NCBI GenBank assembly: GCA_029547385.1
Contig: JAKPPK010000074.1
Coordinates: 1-49,683, forward strand
Length of the DNA stretch: 49,683 nucleotides
Source of the DNA: Candidatus Latescibacterota bacterium
Lineage (GTDB): Bacteria; Latescibacterota; MWCZ01
Direction: 5' to 3'
The notes under the pieces were generated by a model. That model was not told the origin of the DNA and ran no database searches. It saw only the letters and a program-made list of their open reading frames with translations. Every line of letters starts with the position of its first letter. Positions within the stretch are counted from its first letter, which is position 1. Shown here piece after piece: positions 30,182 to 38,078 of the stretch. Both the position numbers and the translations under genes were made by a program.

Positions 30182-33100
30182 ATGATGACGTTCTCACGCC
30201 TTCCGAAATTCCGCGTCCTCCGTTCACTCGTCGGCGTGGGTCTGGTGAGCCTTCTCATCGGCTTTCTGGTGATCGGAGGTAAACCCTCTCCCGCTCCCGC
30301 CCAGTTTTCGGCTGAGGAGCTGGAACGGAATCCGAATCTTACGCCGTCAGTCCGCAGGCTCATTCTCGCCTACGAAAACTACCTCAAGCATTTTCCGGAC
30401 AGCCCGCAGGGCAAGGAATTTGTGATCGACATCGCCGAACGTTTCCGCTCGGCGGGCGATAATGAGACGGCGATAGTCGCGCAGAAACGCGTGCTGGCCC
30501 GTCCTGATATCACGCAGGCGGAACGCGCGTACGCGTATGAACAGATAATGGAATGTTACCGCCTGCTCGGAAAGTTTGACGAACAGGAGGAATGGGCGCG
30601 CCGGATGGCGGCAGCCGATGTCGGCCGCGAGAAACAACAGCAGGCGAAGGACTTCATCTTCGCGGCCGGATACAACCGGGCAAAGGCACTCGAGGACAGC
30701 TCACGGCTTATGGATGCCGCCGAAGCGTATGAACGTCTGGCGGTCATGAATCCCGACCACGGGCAGGCGTCGGAAGCCATGCTCAAAGCCGCGGACCTGT
30801 ACGACACCGCAGGTGACAAGGCACGTGCGGCGAGGACGTTCGAACGATTCTACTATACGTACCCCGATTACCGCGATCCTGCCAGTGGAAAGGGTGCGCT
30901 TGTCGCTCTCGAGAACGCGGCCAACCTGTACGCGGAGATCAACGATTACCGCCACACGGCCGATGCCGCGGAACGGATTCTTGCCGCAGCGCCGGACCAT
31001 CCGAACCGCCAGATGTACATGAACAACCTGGCGGCGATCTACAGCCTCCTGAAGGACTACAACAACGCGATTCGTGTGCGGCAGCAGTACGTTGCGTTGT
31101 ACCCCAACGATCCCAAATCAGGGACATACCAGTGGGATATCGCTCAATTCCGGGGCCTTGCGGGTCAGCGGCAGCAGCAGCTCGCCGAATACGAGGCATT
31201 TATCCGGAGCTATCCTAACGATTTCCGCGCCATCGAAGCGAATTTGATCGTCGGACAGGACAAGCTTGCGCAGCGTGATCGAGCCTTGGCACGAGGCGCC
31301 AGAGACGAGGCGGAACGGTTGCAGGCGCTGGCACGGGCCAACTTCGAGAAAGCGTTCACACTGCATGATTCCCTCGAAGCCTTGAGGCAAGGTTCGGGGG
31401 ATCTTCTGCACGCGCTTCCCGCCGCAGTCGAAGTGGCGAAAATGGACAGTGCCGCGTATTACTCGATCTCATTACGCGGTTCACCCAGCTTCTCGCAGGA
31501 CAGCACAAGAAAATGGGAGTCGTTGCGGCAAGCCGAAGGGATGTACCGCAAGATCGCAAACTACGCCTATCCGCCGACGACGTTTGCTGCGTTGTATCAA
31601 CGTGGTCGCCTGTTTGAGGACTTCTCTGCCGAGTACCTGAAACAACCGCGTCCCGATTCGGCCGTCACGTACGACGAAATCAACAAGGTGTTTTTCATAA
31701 ACGAGGTATCAAAGCAGTTCCTGCAGGTCCTCGCAATTCCTGCGTATCAGACTCAGATGCTGGAATTCTACGAGACGAACCGTGCCTCGATAGACACCGC
31801 GGCGGCGACGCTCCCGGATACATCACTCAGAACGGCGCATTTGCCGTGGCTTGACATGGCGCGCGAGCGACTTGCCGCCATACCGAGAACGTTGGACAGC
31901 CTTACCCTGAATACGATCGCGTACGACGCTGACCTGACGGTGCTTAAGGCGCAGGAGAAAATTCCGCAAACCATCGCCGAGAAATGGCCGGCGTTCGAGC
32001 GGCAACAACAGGAACGCTATCGCACGGACCCGCGCCTGCGTTTCGGAGACAAACAGGAGATTTTCGACCGCGGTGTGGCACCCGTTGTCTACGGGTCGGG
32101 GCCCCAGGATTCTCTGGCGCTCGTGAACTACTTCCAGCGGATTATTGCGGATGGCGAACGCCTTGGCGCCTCACGGGACTGGGTGCTGTACAACAAGGGC
32201 CGTCTCCGCCTCGTGTACGGAGCTCGAAGCTCGTACTTCTCGACGGTTACGCGGGAGGGCATGGAAAACCTGGGATTCCAGCTTGATACGTTGCGGCAGG
32301 AATCGAACGGCCTGACAAATATCATAGCGCGCCTCCCGAAACTGGATCTCGCGGCGATCGGCCCGCCGCCGGAGCGCCCGGACCTGACGCCGCCGGCCCA
32401 GCCGGTGAGGCCGAATGTGGACCTCCGCGCTCCGGAAAACCGGGCCATAGCGCTGCGCTTCATCGAGGATTTCAACCGCTTCAAACGGCAGGTCGAGGAC
32501 CTGAAATATCGTGCTGTCCGATACCAGCGCGAAGTGGAACGGTACCGGGCGCGCGTTGCCGAGCTGCAGGCAAGCACGGCGGCGCAGTTCCGGGGGATAC
32601 TCGAAGAAGCGAGAACACAATCGCAGGAGTTTTCCCGGGTGGCGACCGAAACGCAGAGGTATCGGATGGCCATCGAACTGGTGGCTGATCGGACGCGGAA
32701 CGCATACGAGCGCGATATTGCGTTCGGCGATTCCGTGGGTTACGCCGAGAAGGACCGCCGTGCCGTCAGGGACAGTGCGCTGGCCGCAAATCACAGGATT
32801 TCCCTTACCTTGGATTCGTTGTACAGCGAAGCTGTGGCAACAAGACGGTACTGGGAAGAACGGCGCGATTCAACGGAAGGCGGCGAGGCCTCACCTGCAT
32901 TCCAGGTGATCAATAATCTCGTTACGCAGTACGCGGCAGTCGCTGATTCGTTCCGGGTGACGGCAGTTCGAAGCTACATGTACACGTACAAAGGACGCGA
33001 TTCAATCTTCACCGTCGGCCTCGATCATCCGATTGTTCAGTACGCGATCCAGCGTCTCCGGGTGATTGATCCGACCTTTGGCGTCCAGACGGTGCCGTTG

Positions 33101-34219
33101 ACGTTCACCTACGTCACCGAGGACTCCACAGGTCTGTGGCGGGTCAGCAGCACCATCGACCGCCAGAACCCGGATGCGTGGAGGCAGGTCGCGTTCAATG
33201 ACAGCACGTGGGTCCCTGCCGTCAAGGGAACGATGCCGCGCGTTGAGTTTGTTCAGGCTGCCGATACAACCGCCGGTGCAGCGGGACAGCCAGAACCGGC
33301 GGCCGGCGAAGGCGCTGTCACAGCGGAAGGCGATACGACGGCCGAGGCTGCTCCGCAGGTGGCGGAAGTTCCCAAGATCGTCGGTTTCCCGCCTGACAAC
33401 CTGAACATGACGGACCTCTGGTCGCCGACGTATGCCGACACGGTGTATTTCCGTTACAAGCTGCAGTTGCCTCCACGGTGGGATGAGCTGCCCGACTCGT
33501 TGTCCGAACCGGGGCGGAAGCGGCCGGTGGTGCGCAAAGCAAGTATCACGATTACTGCGGACGACGATTATGTGGTCTACGTGAACGGCGAGGTGACGCC
33601 GGCGCGCGACACTGATGCACGGGTAGACTGGAAAACCGCGCGCACGTATGAGGTGTTGAAAGACCAGTGGACAGTCGGCGACACCGCAAACATTATTGCG
33701 ATACGCGCGCGCAACGAGAAGCGCCTGAATCGTATTCCCGACACGGATACCACGACGTACGGCGTCATGGCACGTATCGACATCGAGATGGACGTGCCGC
33801 TGTATATTTACGAAGCGCTGTACCGCCCACCGGAACCGGAACCAACCTTCGTGCTGGCGTTTACGCCGGACGACTCGGTGAAAATGGCCGATACCACCGG
33901 TACCTACTTCCGAACGGCTGCTGAGCGCGAGCGGTGGCAGGAATGCCGCACGCGTACCCTCCGGGCTGCGTGGGAGGACACGGTGCTGATTCCATGGCGC
34001 GCTCAACGCGATGCCCTGAAGAAGGCGCAACTGGACTCCGAAATCGTTCGGCTCACCCGCTGGATCCGTCAGCGGCAGGAGGAAGCACGCGGTCGTATCG
34101 CAACCGCGGCGGCCCGCGAAGCCGGGTTGGAAGAATCGGGTGAATCCCCCGCTCCCGACGCGGGTGCTGATTCCCCGCAGGAAACCCCGGCGCGGCCCGA
34201 AGACACAGGCGGACCATAG
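30182..34219 (+). CDS. Giant TPR protein with coiled coil and C-terminal beta-sandwich (lectin/galactose-binding-like) domain
   Basis: N-terminal signal/anchor; many TPRs (AYENYLKHFPDS, AAEAYERLA..NPDH); C-terminal WRQVAFNDSTW, YFRYKLQL, ITADDDYVVYVNG, NIIAIRARN. Confidence 0.75.
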   Translation: MMTFSRLPKFRVLRSLVGVGLVSLLIGFLVIGGKPSPAPAQFSAEELERNPNLTPSVRRLILAYENYLKHFPDSPQGKEFVIDIAERFRSAGDNETAIVAQKRVLARPDITQAERAYAYEQIMECYRLLGKFDEQEEWARRMAAADVGREKQQQAKDFIFAAGYNRAKALEDSSRLMDAAEAYERLAVMNPDHGQASEAMLKAADLYDTAGDKARAARTFERFYYTYPDYRDPASGKGALVALENAANLYAEINDYRHTADAAERILAAAPDHPNRQMYMNNLAAIYSLLKDYNNAIRVRQQYVALYPNDPKSGTYQWDIAQFRGLAGQRQQQLAEYEAFIRSYPNDFRAIEANLIVGQDKLAQRDRALARGARDEAERLQALARANFEKAFTLHDSLEALRQGSGDLLHALPAAVEVAKMDSAAYYSISLRGSPSFSQDSTRKWESLRQAEGMYRKIANYAYPPTTFAALYQRGRLFEDFSAEYLKQPRPDSAVTYDEINKVFFINEVSKQFLQVLAIPAYQTQMLEFYETNRASIDTAAATLPDTSLRTAHLPWLDMARERLAAIPRTLDSLTLNTIAYDADLTVLKAQEKIPQTIAEKWPAFERQQQERYRTDPRLRFGDKQEIFDRGVAPVVYGSGPQDSLALVNYFQRIIADGERLGASRDWVLYNKGRLRLVYGARSSYFSTVTREGMENLGFQLDTLRQESNGLTNIIARLPKLDLAAIGPPPERPDLTPPAQPVRPNVDLRAPENRAIALRFIEDFNRFKRQVEDLKYRAVRYQREVERYRARVAELQASTAAQFRGILEEARTQSQEFSRVATETQRYRMAIELVADRTRNAYERDIAFGDSVGYAEKDRRAVRDSALAANHRISLTLDSLYSEAVATRRYWEERRDSTEGGEASPAFQVINNLVTQYAAVADSFRVTAVRSYMYTYKGRDSIFTVGLDHPIVQYAIQRLRVIDPTFGVQTVPLTFTYVTEDSTGLWRVSSTIDRQNPDAWRQVAFNDSTWVPAVKGTMPRVEFVQAADTTAGAAGQPEPAAGEGAVTAEGDTTAEAAPQVAEVPKIVGFPPDNLNMTDLWSPTYADTVYFRYKLQLPPRWDELPDSLSEPGRKRPVVRKASITITADDDYVVYVNGEVTPARDTDARVDWKTARTYEVLKDQWTVGDTANIIAIRARNEKRLNRIPDTDTTTYGVMARIDIEMDVPLYIYEALYRPPEPEPTFVLAFTPDDSVKMADTTGTYFRTAAERERWQECRTRTLRAAWEDTVLIPWRAQRDALKKAQLDSEIVRLTRWIRQRQEEARGRIATAAAREAGLEESGESPAPDAGADSPQETPARPEDTGGP

Positions 34220-34231
34220 GAGTTGAACGTC

Positions 34232-34546
34232 ATGAAAAATCCACGCCTGGTTGCGTTGTCCATCTCCGCGCTGTGTACGGTTGTGTTGATAGCTCCCTTC
34301 GTGGGCGCGCAGGAAGCTGTGCGAACCGTTCGGGGGGCGGGGACAATCCGGGAAAAACCCCCGGGTGAATTGGCGACAGTGGTGCGACGGGATCCAGATT
34401 TCCGCACGATCAAATACCTCGGGATGCAGCGGGATTACCGCGATGAATTGCGCTCCAAGTTGATGCTTGGCCACGCGGTTATCCGACACGGACGTCCCGT
34501 CCTGCCTATGGAGCCAATCGTGTGGCCGCCCGAACCGGCGCAGTAA
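34232..34546 (+). CDS. Small exported protein, GltF/CglF-like
   Basis: GGAG RBS; signal peptide (VGA-Q); TIREKPPG..VVRR.PDF..R.DY..EL; position between the TPR genes and exbB. Start 34223 or 34232. Confidence 0.6.
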   Translation: MKNPRLVALSISALCTVVLIAPFVGAQEAVRTVRGAGTIREKPPGELATVVRRDPDFRTIKYLGMQRDYRDELRSKLMLGHAVIRHGRPVLPMEPIVWPPEPAQ

Positions 34547-34562
34547 CGCGCGGAGAAGCGTC

Positions 34563-34591
34563 TTGACGTGCGGGGGGTGACAGGCTAATTT
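34563..34591 (+). promoter_or_regulatory. Putative sigma70-type promoter of the exbB-exbD-exbD-tonB-like genes
   Basis: TTGACG-N17-TAATTT, same architecture as 25614-25642. Confidence 0.6.
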
Positions 34592-34737
34592 CAGTTCGTC
34601 GCGGTAAGGTGAAAAGGATCTTGCCAGAACTCGAGTGTGGTAGCGGGCAGGTGTATCAGAAGTCGGTCGGGCGCGGTCAAACGGGTCGGCGGCTCGCCGG
34701 GTGTCTTTCATAAGTTTCAGTATCTACGGAGGATACG

Positions 34738-35562
34738 ATGGGGATGCAGTCCTTCCGAAAACGGGCGAGGAAAATCGCCTATTTTGGTGTCGTGGCGGGA
34801 ATGTTCATGGTGTCGTACGCATTTGGCCAGGCGGCGGCTCCTGCGGAAGGCGCCGCAGCCCCTGCGGCTGGCGGCGCCCCGACCGAGCAGACGATTGACC
34901 CGAACATCGTCGTGAAGAAGGTTGTTACGGGGTTCATGAGCGATTTCAAACCCAAAGCCACCGGTGCGTGGTTGTTCCAGTGGCCGATCGTGATTTCGTT
35001 TGCGTGCGGTATCGGCATCGCCGCGGAACGCTACTACACGATCGTAATGAAATCGAAAGTGAACATGAAGAAGTTCACCGATCAGATTATCAAGTTCGTC
35101 GAAGTAAAGGATTACGACAAAGCGATCGCGTTGTGCAACGCATCGCCTTCGGGAGCCCTGCCGCAGCTTGTAAAGGCCGGTTTGGAGGCCGCGAAACGCA
35201 ACATGGGAACGCGCGCGGTGCAGGATGCGATTGACGAGAAAACCCTCTCGATCCTGCCGAAGATCACATCGCGGACCTCCTGGGTGAGTGTTTTGGCAAA
35301 CGTCTCGACACTTCTGGGTCTTATGGGAACCATCTTCGGTCTGATGTATACGTTTGCCGGACTTGAACTGGTACTGAACCCGAAGGGCAAGGCGGACCTT
35401 CTGACTTCAGGCATTGCAACAGCTATGAACACGACGCTGCTGGGTCTGGTGTGCGCGATTCCGCTCACCCTGCTTTTCCAGTACCTGTCGCAGGCCAGCA
35501 AAGCGATCGTGGATGACATTGACGAAAGCTCTGTGCGAATTATCAACGCGCTGAGCAGGTGA
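34738..35562 (+). CDS. MotA/TolQ/ExbB proton-channel protein (AglR-like)
   Basis: GGAGG RBS; IAAERY, ANVSTLLGLMGTIFGLMYTF, GIATAMNTTLLGLVCAIP. Confidence 0.92.
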   Translation: MGMQSFRKRARKIAYFGVVAGMFMVSYAFGQAAAPAEGAAAPAAGGAPTEQTIDPNIVVKKVVTGFMSDFKPKATGAWLFQWPIVISFACGIGIAAERYYTIVMKSKVNMKKFTDQIIKFVEVKDYDKAIALCNASPSGALPQLVKAGLEAAKRNMGTRAVQDAIDEKTLSILPKITSRTSWVSVLANVSTLLGLMGTIFGLMYTFAGLELVLNPKGKADLLTSGIATAMNTTLLGLVCAIPLTLLFQYLSQASKAIVDDIDESSVRIINALSR

Positions 35563-35589
35563 TTTGGCATCTGATTTGATCTCTGCGTG

Positions 35590-35623
35590 CCCGGCATCCT
35601 TTCCTCGAAAAAAGGATGCCGGG
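35590..35623 (+). other. Strong intergenic hairpin between exbB and the first exbD
   Basis: Perfect 13-bp inverted repeat cccggcatccttt/aaaggatgccggg; no U-tract. Confidence 0.7.
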
Positions 35624-35702
35624 GGGAAAGACGCCCACGGGTAATGCGTTGTTCCCGGAGCGGATCGAGATTTCGACCTTTTAGACGTGTCGAGGAACAG
35701 CA

Positions 35703-36281
35703 ATGCCAGGCTTTGCGCCATCGAAGAGATCGCGTGCAGAAGAGAAAGAGACGCCGCTGAATCTGCAGGTTGTTATGAACCTTATCTGCATTCTCATTCC
35801 GGCGCTCCTCTCCATGCAGGTCCAGGATTACTACCGGCACGACGTGGAATTGCCTACGCGGGGCGGCGGCGGTGGCGGCCCAAGTTCTGGTCCCACGAAC
35901 CCTCCCTTCAACCTGAAAATGACGATCATGGAAGACGGGTCCTTCGTGATCGTGAACGCCAAGACACTCTCCCCTGCCGACGGTCTGATTCCGGCCGGGG
36001 CGGGCCTGGCCGTTCCTCCCATCAATGGCGAGCCCGATTACCAGAAGCTTCAGCTTGTGATGATGAAAGAGCACAAAGAGCGGCTCGGCGGCCAGCCACC
36101 GGAAGCGTTTCCAGATCCTGACCAGATCACCGTATCCGCACCCGGCGACCTCGATTTCCAGCACGTGATCAAGGCGCTGGATCGCCTTCGGTTCGAAAAA
36201 CCGGCCAGTGAGCTTGATTGGTCGAGCGCAAAACAAATGTTTACCGTGATAAGTCTTTCTCCCGGTAGCGTCGGTGGTTGA
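35703..36281 (+). CDS. ExbD/TolR-family protein (AglQ-like), Asn at the conserved Asp position
   Basis: LNLQVVMNLICILIPALL TM; D.ITVSAPGDLDFQHVIKALDRLR periplasmic motif. Confidence 0.82.
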   Translation: MPGFAPSKRSRAEEKETPLNLQVVMNLICILIPALLSMQVQDYYRHDVELPTRGGGGGGPSSGPTNPPFNLKMTIMEDGSFVIVNAKTLSPADGLIPAGAGLAVPPINGEPDYQKLQLVMMKEHKERLGGQPPEAFPDPDQITVSAPGDLDFQHVIKALDRLRFEKPASELDWSSAKQMFTVISLSPGSVGG

Positions 36282-36311
36282 GGAATACCTCACAGCGTAA
36301 GGGGTTAGCGA

Positions 36312-36788
36312 ATGCCAGGCTTCCCACCATCAAAACGGAAAGCAAAAGAGGAAGAGGGCGGCGACATCAACATCACGTCGTTGATGGACGCCTTCACCAT
36401 CATCCTCGTGTTCCTCATCAAGCAGTTCGGTACGAGCGCCGTGGAGATATCCGCGGGGTATCGTCCCCCGGTCTCCAACACCCGTCTGGCCATTGATCGC
36501 ATCCTGCCGCTTCAGGTCCGTCAGATCGGTCCGGACGCGATTTCTTACCAGATTTCCGACAAGCCGGAAAAGGCGGAACGCAAGGACCCGAATGTCGGAT
36601 ACGCTCAACTACGTGCGGACCTGAAGGCCCAGAAGCCTCTGGTGGATGCCGCGGTGGTTGACGAAGAACTCAAAGGCGCAATCAATATCGTGTGTGACAA
36701 AAGTGTTACCTACGCGACGTTGATGGATGTGATGAAGAGTGTTGCTGGTTCCGGCTTTTTCAAACTGAAACTCATAGCCGAACCATAA
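36312..36788 (+). CDS. ExbD/TolR-family protein (AglS-like)
   Basis: DINITSLMDAFTIILVFLIKQF TM with conserved Asp; INIVCDKSVTYATLMDVMKS..GF. Confidence 0.88.
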   Translation: MPGFPPSKRKAKEEEGGDINITSLMDAFTIILVFLIKQFGTSAVEISAGYRPPVSNTRLAIDRILPLQVRQIGPDAISYQISDKPEKAERKDPNVGYAQLRADLKAQKPLVDAAVVDEELKGAINIVCDKSVTYATLMDVMKSVAGSGFFKLKLIAEP

Positions 36789-36823
36789 AGTCCGGTGCAA
36801 ACGTTGCTTTCTGAGGTGCAACC

Positions 36824-37981
36824 ATGGCAGACAACCACGTTCCTCCACCGGCGCAAGCAAAAGCAGTGGCAGCTCCGATGGTATTTCCGCCCGAGCTTCG
36901 CAGGCATTTCTACGACACGGCCGACTGGACCAGCATCATCTTCCTGTTGGTATCGCTCACCATCAACATGCTGGGCATTGGAATTGCCGCGTCGCGGGAG
37001 TGGAAAGACCCCGCTGCAGGTCTGACCGACGAGCAGCTCATGGCGATGCAGGATCGCATCATGGCGACGTTCAAACCGGTTGAAGTGAAGCCGGAGGAGA
37101 TGTCGGCGGCGGAACAGCTCGAAAACCTTGTCAATAACCCTGAGTTCGAACAGGCACTCGCTCAACAGCAGGCAAACCTCGCGGCAAGTCTTCAGAGCAC
37201 CTTGGCCGAAGCCCAGGCGACACTCGCCTCGCTTGACGCCCAGACCTCGGCTGGCGCTGCAGGCGGCGCTGACGTGCAGGGGCAGCTTGACGACATACTG
37301 GGGAGCCTCGGCGACATTGGAGCGGTCGGTGCCGCAGACGCAGGTGGTCCTTCGCTTGACCTCGCCCCGACGGATGTAGCGATCTTCGCAGAGGGCGCTG
37401 GCTCGGGAAGCCGCGTGGTTTCGGGGGCGATTGACGTGGCAGCGCTCGGTTCGTCGGCGAAGATATCCTCTGCGTTTACCCGCGGAGGCCTTTCCTCCGG
37501 CGAAGCTGCGCGTCTTTCACAGCAGATTGCCTTTGCGCGCGAACGACTGGGTGGAAATGTGCAGGTGCGCGTCGGAACGGGTACCGGCGGCAGCGCGCGT
37601 CGTGCGCTGTTGCGTGTCGCGTCCGGAGGGAAAACCGGCCAGCGCATCGCCGTTGAACAGCTGGCACTCCCGCCCGCGCGTGCGGCAGGACCCGGCGGCC
37701 GGGATCAAGATGCGGTTGAGGTCCAGGCCTCCCGTACTCGTCAGCTCATTGGCGGTTGCTACTCGATCGGTCTGGCTGCAGATCGGAATCTTTCCGGGGT
37801 AGTGGTGGTCCGGTTCACTATCAACCCCAACGGCTCGGTGAGCGGCGTCCGGGTTTCCAAATCCAACCTTGGCAACCGTGACGTCGAAGAGTGCATCGTC
37901 GCTGCTGTCCAGACGTGGAAGTTCGCGCCCGGCTCAACGACCGACACGTTCGAGTATCCGTTCAGCTTCGAGCCCGGCTAA
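36824..37981 (+). CDS. TonB-like energy transducer with AgmX/PglI-type C-terminal domain (GltG-like)
   Basis: Single TM; Ala/Gly/Gln-rich spacer; CY..GLAADRNLSGVVVVRFTINPNGSV...LGNRDVEECI...WKF...YPFSF. Confidence 0.85.
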   Translation: MADNHVPPPAQAKAVAAPMVFPPELRRHFYDTADWTSIIFLLVSLTINMLGIGIAASREWKDPAAGLTDEQLMAMQDRIMATFKPVEVKPEEMSAAEQLENLVNNPEFEQALAQQQANLAASLQSTLAEAQATLASLDAQTSAGAAGGADVQGQLDDILGSLGDIGAVGAADAGGPSLDLAPTDVAIFAEGAGSGSRVVSGAIDVAALGSSAKISSAFTRGGLSSGEAARLSQQIAFARERLGGNVQVRVGTGTGGSARRALLRVASGGKTGQRIAVEQLALPPARAAGPGGRDQDAVEVQASRTRQLIGGCYSIGLAADRNLSGVVVVRFTINPNGSVSGVRVSKSNLGNRDVEECIVAAVQTWKFAPGSTTDTFEYPFSFEPG

Positions 37982-38001
37982 TCTCACGCACCAGAATAGA
38001 A

Positions 38002-38046
38002 AAACGCGTCCGCGGGAAGAAACACCTGCGGACGCGTTTCATTTTG
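38002..38046. terminator. Probable bidirectional intrinsic terminator between convergent operons
   Basis: aaacgcgtccgcggg/cctgcggacgcgttt hairpin with an A-run before and T-rich sequence after. Confidence 0.75.
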
Positions 38047-38078
38047 TAATCTGCCCTTTTGTCCGACCGCCACGCAGA

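Noticed and set aside
33002-34711. 569-aa antisense ORF and other long opposite-strand ORFs (e.g. 35112-36293, 39506-40597, 42558-43682, 45794-46843, 11392-12411)
   Set aside because: They shadow well-supported genes, show no recognisable motifs, and are expected in GC-rich DNA
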